A DNA stretch of 64,000 nt, taken from IMG/VR virus record IMGVR_UViG_3300025138_000017; one strand, given 5' to 3'. Numbering within the stretch: position 1 is the first letter of the stretch; each line of letters starts with the position of its first letter. This document shows, piece by piece, positions 54,235 to 63,643 of the stretch. The DNA comes from an uncultured virus (IMG/VR IMGVR_UViG_3300025138_000017) (taxonomy: Duplodnaviria > Heunggongvirae > Uroviricota > Caudoviricetes). The notes below the pieces were generated by a model that was given only the letters and a program-made list of their open reading frames with translations, ran no database searches and had not been told where the DNA came from. Both the position numbers and the translations under genes were made by a program.

Positions 54235-57200
54235 TTAAGCTGTTCTAACCCATAGTTTTAATGTTGTTATTGTTTCTGTACCAGCCTGTACTGTTTGTCC
54301 AGCATATGCATGAGTATAGGTTCCTTCGTATTGGGCTACAAAGTTAGTTGTAAATGAACCCTCATATGCTTTTTCATATTGTTTAGTGTATTGGCCAATG
54401 TATGCTTTTTCGTATTGTGTTGTAAATGATCCCTCAAATAATTGCGTATAGGTCTTAACATAGTTACCTGTAAACTGCTGATCAAATTGACCAGAGTATG
54501 ATTTTTCATACAAGCCAACATATGCTTTTTCAAATTGTTGAGTAAACTGACCTGTAAATGTTCCTTCGTAATCTTTAGAATATATTTTTAACCAAGTACC
54601 AACATATGATCTTTGGAATTCGCCTTCATATTGTTTAGTATATTGACCAAGATATTCGCCAGAGTATTGGCCAAGGAATGATCCAACCCAAGCCTTTTCA
54701 AACTGTCCTACATATATGCCTTCATATTGTTTGTTAAATGATCCTTCAAACTGTTTACTAAATTGTTTTGCATATTGTTTAGTATATTGTCCTGTGTACT
54801 GTCCTAAGTATGACTTGACGTATGAACCAGTAAACTCACCTTCATATGTTTTAGTATATTGTCCAACATATGATGCACCAAATTGGCCTTCAAAAGTTCC
54901 TGTATACTGTCCAATATATGTACCTTGATATATTCCCTGGTATGCATGTGCACCTTCATATATTCCTGTCCAGTATCCTATGTATACTCCTTCATATGTT
55001 TTTTCATACTGTCTTGTAAACTGGCCAGTGTATTGGCCATCATATTGTCCACTAAATGTTCTGTCACCTGTCCATTGCTTGGCATATGCTTTCTGATAGT
55101 TTGCACTTACATATGTTGTGTTGAAGACTCCTTCCCACTGATGAGCATATTGCCCCTCGTATGATCTGTCTCCTTCAAATTGACCTGCATATTGTTTTAC
55201 ATATTCAACTACAAATACCTTTTGATAATTAGCTGAGTATTGTCCTGTATATGTTCTTGATCCAGAGTATGCTTTGGTATAGGTTTTATTAAATACTCCA
55301 GTGTATTGAGTGCCATACTGACCTGTATATGTTCTGTCGCCTTCATATTGTTTAGCAAATTGGCCTTCCCAGTTTCTAGCAAACGAACCTTCATATGTTT
55401 GACCATATTCTTTTTGATAGTTCTTAGTATAAGCTCTAGCGTATTGGCCTACAAACTGCGTATTGAATACTCCAACATATATTCCTTCGTATAATGTTAA
55501 GTATGTTTTGCCATATTGTCCAACAAATGATTTTAAGTAATCAGTTGTAAATGATCCTTGATATGATTTAGTATAGTTAGTATCAAATGAACCTTCATAT
55601 AATGCTAAGTATTGTTTATTGAATTGGCCTTCGTATGCTTTAACGAACAATCCAGTATATGTTTTAACATATGATGTTTCAAATACACCTTCATATGCTT
55701 TTTCATAATTAGTTGCAAACTGCCCTTCATAAGTTTTTTCGTAATTAGTTCCAAACTGGCCTGTGTATGTTGTGTCATAGTTTGTAGCAAATTGACCTTC
55801 ATACAGTTTAGCATATTGTACTCCAAACGCACCCTCATATTGAGTAGTATATTGGCCTTCATATGCTTTAGCATATGTAGTATTGAAGTCTCCTTCGTAT
55901 TGAGCTACATAATCTTTAGCATAGTTTGTACTAAATATTCCTTCATACAATTTAGCATATTGTGTAGAAAACTGTCCTTCATATGCTTTAGCATATTGTT
56001 GTGTATAGTTAGTTGTGTATGTTCCTTCAAACACACCACCGTATATGTTTGTATATTGACCAATGTATGCTTTTGCATATTGCTCACTAAATTGTCCTAA
56101 GAATGCTTTAGAGTATGATCCAGTATATGCTTTTGCATATTGCTCAATATAATCTTTAGAGTAGTTGTCTGTAAATGCACCAGTAAACTGACTAGCATAT
56201 TGTCCAAGATATGCTTGAGCATAGTTGACTGATTCCCCACCTGTAAACTCTCTTGCATAAGAACCTGTATATGTTTTCTGGTATTGGTTAACATAGTTCT
56301 TAGCATAGTTATCTGTAAACTGTCCTTCGTATACATCTGTATATTGGCCTACATAATTCTTAGTATAATTGGTAGTATATGTTCCTTCAAACACTCCACC
56401 GTATATGTTAGTGTATTGACCAACATAGTTCTTAGCATATTGTGTTTGATATATTCCTACAAATGCTTTGGTGTAAGTTCCTGTATAATCTTTTTGGTAA
56501 TTAGTAGAATATATTTTTGTATAGTTATCTGTATACTGGCCAGTGTACTGTCTGTCATAGTTTCCAGCATAAGTTTTAACATATTCAGTTACATAATCTT
56601 TAGCATAGTTATCAGCAAATTGTCCTGTAAACTGTCTATCATAATTACCCTCATATTGCTTAGCATATTGAGCAATATAATCTTTAGCATAGTTGTCTGT
56701 AAATTGACCTTCATATGCTTTATCAAAATTCTTTATATATGATTTAGCATACTGTGTGGTATAGGTTCCTTCGAAGACACCACCATATATGTTCGTATAT
56801 TGACCAACATAATTCTTAGCATAATTTTCTGTAAACGCACCTTCGTATTGAGAAACAAATACACCCTCATATGTTTTAGTGTATTGTGTTGTGTATGCTC
56901 TTTCATATGAAGCTGCAAACAATCCTACATACTGACCTTCAAATTGTCCTTCATAGTTAGTAGCATATTGTCTTTCCCAGTTTTTAGTATAGTTGGTCGT
57001 AAACAATCCTGTGTATTGGTCTGTAAATTGACCTACGAATGCTTTTGTATAGTTTCCAGTATATGCTCTATCATAGTTGCCCGTATAGTCTCTAGTATAA
57101 TTGGTTGTATATTGAGCATCAAATGATCCAGTAAATTGACTTGCATATTGTCCAACATAATTTTTGGTATAGTTAGTTGCATATGATCCAGCAAACACGC

Positions 57201-60200
57201 CACCGTATATGTTTGTATATTGACCAACATAGTTCTTAGTATAGTTTGTTACATAATCTCTAGAATAATTGGTTGTGTATACTCCAACATATGCTTTTGT
57301 CCACTGACCTGAATATGCTTTTTGGAAGTTCTTATTATAGTTACCAGTAAACTGTCCGGCAAACCCTCTTGAGTATTGACCGATCCATTGTTGAGCATAG
57401 TTGGTTACAAACGTACCCGCAAACACGCCTTCATATATATTTGTATATTGACCTACATATGCTTTCTGATAAGCAGTAGAGTAAGTTCCGTCAAACGAAC
57501 CACCATATATGTTTGTGTATTGGCCTACGTATGCTCTTTGATATGCTGTGTTATATGTTCCTGAAAATGCACCTTCATAGATATTCGTATATTGACCAAC
57601 ATAGTTTTTAGTATAATTGGTTGCATACTGGCCAGTAAAGGTTTTAGTATATTGACCAGTGTATTGTTTTAAATAGTTAGTAGCATATTGACCAGTATAT
57701 GTTTTAGTATATTGTCCTGTATATGTCTTAGTATAATTTACATCATAGTTTTTAGTATAATTGGTTGCATACTGACCAGCAAACGCTTTTGTATATTGAC
57801 CTGTGTACTGTTTTAAATAGTTTCTAGTATATGTTCCACTAAACTGTGTATTGTAAGTTCCAGAATATGCTCTATCATAGTTTCCAGCATAAGTCTTAGT
57901 GTAATTACCAGTATATGATTTTGTGTATTGACCAGTATATTGTCTTAAAAAGTTGGTAGCATACTGACCAGAATATCCTTTAGTATAATTACCAGTATAA
58001 GAACCTGTATACTGTCCAGTGTATGCTCCAGTATATTGACCTGCATATGCTCTTTGATAGCTAGTGTCATATTGTTTTAAATAGTTTTTATTATATGAAC
58101 CACTAAACTGCTTAGTATATTGACCAGTATATTGTTTTAAATAATTGGTTCCATACTGGCCAGCAAATTGTCTATTATATGTACCACTAAACTGTTTGTT
58201 ATAGTTACCTGCATATGCTCTAGTGTAGTTAGTTGCATATGTTCCACTATATTGTGTAGCGTATGTTCCTGTGTACTGTCCAGAATAAGCTGTTGAGAAA
58301 TATCCTGTATATTGTTTAGTATAGTTGCCTGTAAATTGTCCTGTGTACTGTCCAGTAAATCCTCTAGTATATTGTCCTGTATACTGTCTTAAATAGTTAG
58401 TACTATAGGACCCTGTATATGTTGTACTAAAGTATCCTGTATACTGACCTGAATATGTTGCAGTAGTTTGAGAGAAACAACCTTCGTATTCTTCAAAGTC
58501 ATCATCACCAGTATCAATAAAGATTCTACAATATGTACCACCACTACTGAATTGTTGAGATACTGACCCTACAAATGTTCTAGTATAGTTAGTTGTTTTT
58601 ACATAGTTTAAAAATTGGCTCCCAAATTTACTAGAGACAACCCTGTTGTAAGTTACATTACCAGCAAACTGTCTAGTATAATTTACATTTGCAGTACCAG
58701 TAAATTGTTGAACTGCCCCAACATAGTTTCCTGTATATTGAGTAGATCTGGTTACTCTTACATAGTTTCCTGAATAAGCTCTTGTATAGTTGGTTCCATA
58801 TGATCCACTATATTGTGAATTATATGTTCCGGAAAATTGACTACTATATGTTCCAGCAAATTGTTTTGAGTAGTTTGTAGTTCTAGTTACCCTAGAATAA
58901 CTTCCTGTCCATTGTCTTGAGAAGTTTCCTGTATACTGTCCTGTGTATTGTCTTGTATAGTTAGTGCTGTAATATCCAGTATATGTCTTAGTATAGTTTC
59001 CTGAATATGCTTTTGTATAGTTACCTGTATACTGTCTTAAAAAGTTAGTACCATATGTTCCACTATACTGTGCTGAGTATTGACCTGTGTACGATCTAGT
59101 AAAGTTAGTTCCATATTGTCTTGTATAGTTGGTAGCATAGTATCCTGTATACTGTCCAGAATAGGTTCCACTATACTGTCCTGAATATGCACCAGAGTAT
59201 GCTCTGTCATAATTTCCTGTATAATGTTTAGTATAGTTAGTTCCATATGTTCCAGCAAATTGACTGGTGTACGTGCCACTATATGCTCTATCATAGTTTC
59301 CAGTATATCTTTTAGTATAGTTACCTGTATATGATTTAGTATATTGACCTGTGTATGCTTTTTGGAAGTTAGTACCATACGTTCCACTATATTGAGAACT
59401 ATAGTTACCTGTGTACTGTCTTTGATACTGAGCCGTATAAGTTTTTAAATAGTTTTTATTATAGTCACCAGAGTATGCTCTGTTATAGTTTCCCGTATAA
59501 TGTTTAGTATAGTTAGTTCCATATGTTCCAGAATATTGTTTATTGTAGTTACCTGTATACTGTCTAGTATAGTTAGTAGCAAATGACCCTTCCCATATTC
59601 TATCATACTGTCCTATATAAGAACCAACATATGCTTTAGTATAGTTTCTAGCAAATGATCCTTCCCATATTCTATCGTATTGTCCTACATAAGATCCAAC
59701 ATATGCTTTAGTATAGTTTCTAGTAAATGATCCTTCCCATATTCTATCGTATTGTCCTATGTACTGACCAACATATGCTTTCTGATATTGAGCTGCGTAT
59801 GGTCCTAAGAATGTTCCTGTGTATACTCCAGTCCATTGCGTCTGGAATAATTTAGTATAGTTGGTATTATATACGCCAGTGTAGGTGGTGTTATAGGAAC
59901 CTTCATATGCTTTCTGATATTGTTTAACATAATTCTTAGCATAGTTTGTAGCAAATGAACCTTCCCAGATTCTATCATATTGTCCTACATATTGGCCAAC
60001 ATAGTTTTTAGTGTAATTCTTTGCAAACGTTCCTTCGAATGCTCCTGTGTATTGTCCTAGCCAAACTTTAGCATATTGCTTTGCATATGCTTTTTGATAT
60101 ACGCCTGTATATGTTTTGGTGTATACGCCTGTAAATATTGTAGAGTATACTCCTTCCCATATCTTGGTGTACTGGCCTTCATACTGTGCAGCCCATTGTA

Positions 60201-63200
60201 CAAGATATGCTTTTTGATATTGTTTTGTATATACTCCAGTCCATTGTTTTGCATATGAACCTTCCCACTGTTGTGCGTATGCTGCAACATATTGTTTAGC
60301 ATATTGTTTTGAATACTGACCGACATAAGCCTTTTCATATTGTCCAAGGTAAACTTTATCATATTGGGTAACAAATGTTCCTTCCCATATTCTATCATAT
60401 TGGCCTACGTATTGGCCAACATATGCTTTCTCGTATTGTTTTGAATAAGCCTTTTCATATGTTTTTACATATTGTCCGGTCCACTGTTGTTGATATTGAG
60501 CAACATAGTTTTTAGCATAGTTGGTTGTATACTGTCCTGTGAATCTTCCTTCGTATTGTCCAGCCCATTGTTGTAGGTATTGGGCAACATAGTTTTTAGC
60601 ATATGCAGTTTGGAATTCACCTGCATATCTTTTTTCGTATATTCCTGTCCACTGTTGCTGGTATTGTGCTGCATAGTCTTTTTGATACTGACGAAGATAA
60701 ACACCAACATAGTCTGTCTCATAAGATCCTTCATAATCTTTGGTGTATTGAGTAACAAACGTACCTTCCCATATTCTATCGTATTGTCCTATGTACTGAC
60801 CAACATATGCTTTTTCGTATTGTTTAGCAAATGTTCCTTCCCATTGCTTAGTGTACTGACCTGCCCATTGTTGTTCGTATTGGGTTACATAATCTTTAGC
60901 ATAGTTAGTATTATAGTCGCCATCAAATGCTCTTTCGTATGCACCAGCATATGCCTTTTGATATTGTGTTACAAACTGGCCTTCAAATGCTCCTGTGTAT
61001 TGTCCTACCCATTGTTGCTGATATTGCTTAACATAATTCTTAGCATAGTTGGTTTCATAGTCGCCAAGATATGCTTTAGAGTATGAGCCTTCGTATTGTT
61101 TATCGTATTGAGTAACAAACGTACCTTCCCATATTCTATCGTATTGTCCTACCCATTGACCAACATAAGCCTTTTCATATTGCTTACTATATTGTTTTAC
61201 ATATTGACCAATGTAATCTTTTGTATATTGAGCTACGTATTGACCAACATATTCTTTTGTATATTGTGCAACATAGTTCTTAGCATATTGTCCTGTGTAT
61301 GCTTTTATATAATTTGTAGTATACTGACCACCATATTGACCAGCATAGAGACCTACATATGCTTGGCCCCAGTTTTGTTCATATAATCCTGTGTATTGAT
61401 TAATCCACGTCTTACCGTATACGCCTGTATACTGTTGAAGATAATTACGTGCGTAGATTCCTGCATACTGTTTTAAGTATTGTGTTGCGTATTGGCCAAC
61501 GTATTGTTTAGCATAACCTTTGTTCCAATTACTTAAATAATTCTTTTCATAGGATCCAACATATGCTTTCTCCCATATTCTATCATATTGGCCAACATAT
61601 GTCTTTGTGTATTGAGCTTCGTATATTCCAACATAATCTTTTGTGTATGTTTTTATATACTGGCCTATGAAATCCTTTTCGTAGTTCTTAATATAAGAAC
61701 CTACATAAGCTCCTTCAAATGTTTTTTGATATGCTCCAACATAATCTTTATTATATGATGTAACATAATCTTTTATATAACCAGCAGTATAGTTACCAAC
61801 ATAATTAGCTTCTAAGAAATATCCTGAGAATAATTCTGAAGCACTATCATATTGTCCAGTGAATGTTCTATCACCTTCGTATTGTTTTGTATACTGACCT
61901 GTATATGCTTTTAAGTATCCTTGAGTATAGAAACCATTATATTCTCTATCACCCTCGTATGCTTTTGTAAATTGCTTTTGATAGTTTGTACCAAGATACC
62001 CTTTACTAAAGTTTTGAGTAAATTGGCCAGTGTATGTTCTTGTTCCAGTATATTGTTTTGTGTATTGACCTGTGTATGATGCTGTCCAATTACCAATATA
62101 TATTTTTTGGTATTGATCTGCATACTGTCCTGTATATGTTCTACTACCAGCGTATGTGCCTTCGTATGAGCCCGTATACTGCTTTGCATATTGCTCAACA
62201 TACTGTCCCGTATAGTTAGCTGCGAAAATGCCTTCAAACTGTTTTACGCCGGTGTAATACCCTGTGTATTGTCCATCGAACGAGCCTTCAAATTGTTTAG
62301 AGTATGCTCCAGTCCATTGTTGGCCAAATGATCCTTCATATTGTTTACTATACTGTCCTGTGTAAATTCCTGTATAAGTTGTATTAAAAGATCCTTCAAA
62401 TACACCTTCGTATATTTTACTGAATGTTCCTTCAAATTGGCCTTCGTATTGCCCCAGGTATGCACCCATGTACTGTCCAGCAAACGCTCCGGAATATTGG
62501 GAAATAAAGAATCCATCAAACGAGCCTTCATATTGCTTAGTAAATGAGCCTTCGTATTGTTTGCTGTACAGACCAGTATAAGACTTAAGATATATTTTAT
62601 CATATTGGCCAACATACTGTTTAACATATACGCCTGTATATGTTCCTTCAAAAGAACCTTCGTATTGGGTTAAGAATGTTCCTTCGTATTGTTTTGTGTA
62701 GTTTCCAGAAAATGAACCTTCATACAATCCGGTATATGTTTTATTAAAGTTTCCTTCATATTGTCCAATATATTCTTTTGTATATTGGGAAACAAAGACA
62801 CCCTCATATTGTTTTTCGTAATGGTGTGTGTATATACCGACATATTGCTTTGCATATTGAGATGCATATTGGCCAACATAGTTTGTATTGTATCCTATAT
62901 CAGCTAAAGTGTTTCTATTATCAACAAATGATCCACCTACTTGTACCCAGGTCTCACCTGAAGCTGCAGGGTTAGTCGCTGATAATTTATATTGTCCTAT
63001 ACCAGTAGCATATATTTGATTTCTCAATCTCATTGCTAATAGTTTTATCTCTGCATCGGACATCTCTTTAATTGCAGAGTTTTGAATTTTTGCTGTTCTA
63101 ACAACAGAAGGTGCAGAAACACCTTGGGTCTTACGCCATAAGGTATATGTAGTCGTACCACCTAAAGTGGTATCGGTCATTGTGGATCCAGTACTTGTAT

Positions 63201-63639
63201 AAAGGCTATTGTTGGGATTTGTTTCAGACAAGTGGTAGGATCCCAAACCGGACGATGTAAGATTCGCAAGTGCTCTTGATATAAGGACAGAGTTTAGAGT
63301 ATTACTATGCTCAGATGCATAGCCGCTGTCATTAAGAAACAATGGGTACACCATAGATGTTTCTGCGATCGAATTGAGATTTTGTTTAAGTGTATATGTT
63401 TGGGACGTTATATTATTAGCAGCTGGATGAGTACCTACGCTTTCTGTTCTATAGGTATCAGTGAAAGAACCCATTGAGGTTCCCTGTCCATTTATGTTTA
63501 AAGTACCAAGGCCAGAAGTGCTTGTTGAGAATTCAGATAGAATTTGATGGACGGCGTAATCCATCTCGGTAGTCTGCATTTCCTGCACACCGAGAAAAGT
63601 ACCCCCTCCGGTCGTTTTTATTCTAAGTGGATTTCCCAA
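54235..63639 (-). CDS. Giant (3134 aa) aromatic tetrad-repeat protein with mirror-symmetric arms; putative beta-hairpin fibre
   Basis: Uninterrupted 9.4 kb ORF with TTG start. Residues ~250-3112 carry Y/F/W at every 4th position. Central C1704-C1721 acidic loop. Confidence 0.85.
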   Translation of the reverse strand: MGNPLRIKTTGGGTFLGVQEMQTTEMDYAVHQILSEFSTSTSGLGTLNINGQGTSMGSFTDTYRTESVGTHPAANNITSQTYTLKQNLNSIAETSMVYPLFLNDSGYASEHSNTLNSVLISRALANLTSSGLGSYHLSETNPNNSLYTSTGSTMTDTTLGGTTTYTLWRKTQGVSAPSVVRTAKIQNSAIKEMSDAEIKLLAMRLRNQIYATGIGQYKLSATNPAASGETWVQVGGSFVDNRNTLADIGYNTNYVGQYASQYAKQYVGIYTHHYEKQYEGVFVSQYTKEYIGQYEGNFNKTYTGLYEGSFSGNYTKQYEGTFLTQYEGSFEGTYTGVYVKQYVGQYDKIYLKSYTGLYSKQYEGSFTKQYEGSFDGFFISQYSGAFAGQYMGAYLGQYEGQFEGTFSKIYEGVFEGSFNTTYTGIYTGQYSKQYEGSFGQQWTGAYSKQFEGSFDGQYTGYYTGVKQFEGIFAANYTGQYVEQYAKQYTGSYEGTYAGSRTYTGQYADQYQKIYIGNWTASYTGQYTKQYTGTRTYTGQFTQNFSKGYLGTNYQKQFTKAYEGDREYNGFYTQGYLKAYTGQYTKQYEGDRTFTGQYDSASELFSGYFLEANYVGNYTAGYIKDYVTSYNKDYVGAYQKTFEGAYVGSYIKNYEKDFIGQYIKTYTKDYVGIYEAQYTKTYVGQYDRIWEKAYVGSYEKNYLSNWNKGYAKQYVGQYATQYLKQYAGIYARNYLQQYTGVYGKTWINQYTGLYEQNWGQAYVGLYAGQYGGQYTTNYIKAYTGQYAKNYVAQYTKEYVGQYVAQYTKDYIGQYVKQYSKQYEKAYVGQWVGQYDRIWEGTFVTQYDKQYEGSYSKAYLGDYETNYAKNYVKQYQQQWVGQYTGAFEGQFVTQYQKAYAGAYERAFDGDYNTNYAKDYVTQYEQQWAGQYTKQWEGTFAKQYEKAYVGQYIGQYDRIWEGTFVTQYTKDYEGSYETDYVGVYLRQYQKDYAAQYQQQWTGIYEKRYAGEFQTAYAKNYVAQYLQQWAGQYEGRFTGQYTTNYAKNYVAQYQQQWTGQYVKTYEKAYSKQYEKAYVGQYVGQYDRIWEGTFVTQYDKVYLGQYEKAYVGQYSKQYAKQYVAAYAQQWEGSYAKQWTGVYTKQYQKAYLVQWAAQYEGQYTKIWEGVYSTIFTGVYTKTYTGVYQKAYAKQYAKVWLGQYTGAFEGTFAKNYTKNYVGQYVGQYDRIWEGSFATNYAKNYVKQYQKAYEGSYNTTYTGVYNTNYTKLFQTQWTGVYTGTFLGPYAAQYQKAYVGQYIGQYDRIWEGSFTRNYTKAYVGSYVGQYDRIWEGSFARNYTKAYVGSYIGQYDRIWEGSFATNYTRQYTGNYNKQYSGTYGTNYTKHYTGNYNRAYSGDYNKNYLKTYTAQYQRQYTGNYSSQYSGTYGTNFQKAYTGQYTKSYTGNYTKRYTGNYDRAYSGTYTSQFAGTYGTNYTKHYTGNYDRAYSGAYSGQYSGTYSGQYTGYYATNYTRQYGTNFTRSYTGQYSAQYSGTYGTNFLRQYTGNYTKAYSGNYTKTYTGYYSTNYTRQYTGQYTGNFSRQWTGSYSRVTRTTNYSKQFAGTYSSQFSGTYNSQYSGSYGTNYTRAYSGNYVRVTRSTQYTGNYVGAVQQFTGTANVNYTRQFAGNVTYNRVVSSKFGSQFLNYVKTTNYTRTFVGSVSQQFSSGGTYCRIFIDTGDDDFEEYEGCFSQTTATYSGQYTGYFSTTYTGSYSTNYLRQYTGQYTRGFTGQYTGQFTGNYTKQYTGYFSTAYSGQYTGTYATQYSGTYATNYTRAYAGNYNKQFSGTYNRQFAGQYGTNYLKQYTGQYTKQFSGSYNKNYLKQYDTSYQRAYAGQYTGAYTGQYTGSYTGNYTKGYSGQYATNFLRQYTGQYTKSYTGNYTKTYAGNYDRAYSGTYNTQFSGTYTRNYLKQYTGQYTKAFAGQYATNYTKNYDVNYTKTYTGQYTKTYTGQYATNYLKQYTGQYTKTFTGQYATNYTKNYVGQYTNIYEGAFSGTYNTAYQRAYVGQYTNIYGGSFDGTYSTAYQKAYVGQYTNIYEGVFAGTFVTNYAQQWIGQYSRGFAGQFTGNYNKNFQKAYSGQWTKAYVGVYTTNYSRDYVTNYTKNYVGQYTNIYGGVFAGSYATNYTKNYVGQYASQFTGSFDAQYTTNYTRDYTGNYDRAYTGNYTKAFVGQFTDQYTGLFTTNYTKNWERQYATNYEGQFEGQYVGLFAASYERAYTTQYTKTYEGVFVSQYEGAFTENYAKNYVGQYTNIYGGVFEGTYTTQYAKSYIKNFDKAYEGQFTDNYAKDYIAQYAKQYEGNYDRQFTGQFADNYAKDYVTEYVKTYAGNYDRQYTGQYTDNYTKIYSTNYQKDYTGTYTKAFVGIYQTQYAKNYVGQYTNIYGGVFEGTYTTNYTKNYVGQYTDVYEGQFTDNYAKNYVNQYQKTYTGSYAREFTGGESVNYAQAYLGQYASQFTGAFTDNYSKDYIEQYAKAYTGSYSKAFLGQFSEQYAKAYIGQYTNIYGGVFEGTYTTNYTQQYAKAYEGQFSTQYAKLYEGIFSTNYAKDYVAQYEGDFNTTYAKAYEGQYTTQYEGAFGVQYAKLYEGQFATNYDTTYTGQFGTNYEKTYEGQFATNYEKAYEGVFETSYVKTYTGLFVKAYEGQFNKQYLALYEGSFDTNYTKSYQGSFTTDYLKSFVGQYGKTYLTLYEGIYVGVFNTQFVGQYARAYTKNYQKEYGQTYEGSFARNWEGQFAKQYEGDRTYTGQYGTQYTGVFNKTYTKAYSGSRTYTGQYSANYQKVFVVEYVKQYAGQFEGDRSYEGQYAHQWEGVFNTTYVSANYQKAYAKQWTGDRTFSGQYDGQYTGQFTRQYEKTYEGVYIGYWTGIYEGAHAYQGIYQGTYIGQYTGTFEGQFGASYVGQYTKTYEGEFTGSYVKSYLGQYTGQYTKQYAKQFSKQFEGSFNKQYEGIYVGQFEKAWVGSFLGQYSGEYLGQYTKQYEGEFQRSYVGTWLKIYSKDYEGTFTGQFTQQFEKAYVGLYEKSYSGQFDQQFTGNYVKTYTQLFEGSFTTQYEKAYIGQYTKQYEKAYEGSFTTNFVAQYEGTYTHAYAGQTVQAGTETITTLKLWVRTA
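54304..62892 (-). repeat. Degenerate 12-nt periodic coding repeat with higher-order units
   Basis: Codes [Y/F/W]xxx tetrads (YTGQ, YEGS, YTKN and similar); near-identical DNA blocks recur, e.g. at 60751-60790 and 61111-61150. Confidence 0.9.
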
Positions 63640-63643
63640 TTTA

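Noticed and set aside
54304..62892. CRISPR array or non-coding satellite in the highly repetitive region
   Set aside because: The repeats are degenerate at synonymous positions, keep one 9.4 kb frame open and have no repeat-spacer structure.
54336..62975. Many short alternative-frame and plus-strand ORFs inside the giant gene
   Set aside because: Shadows of the 12-nt periodic coding sequence, with no independent translation signals identified.
54235..63639. Tape measure protein or a DNA-level inverted repeat
   Set aside because: The composition is beta-forming (Y/T/G/Q) rather than helical Ala/Leu-rich, and the symmetry is in protein motif positions, not reverse-complement DNA.
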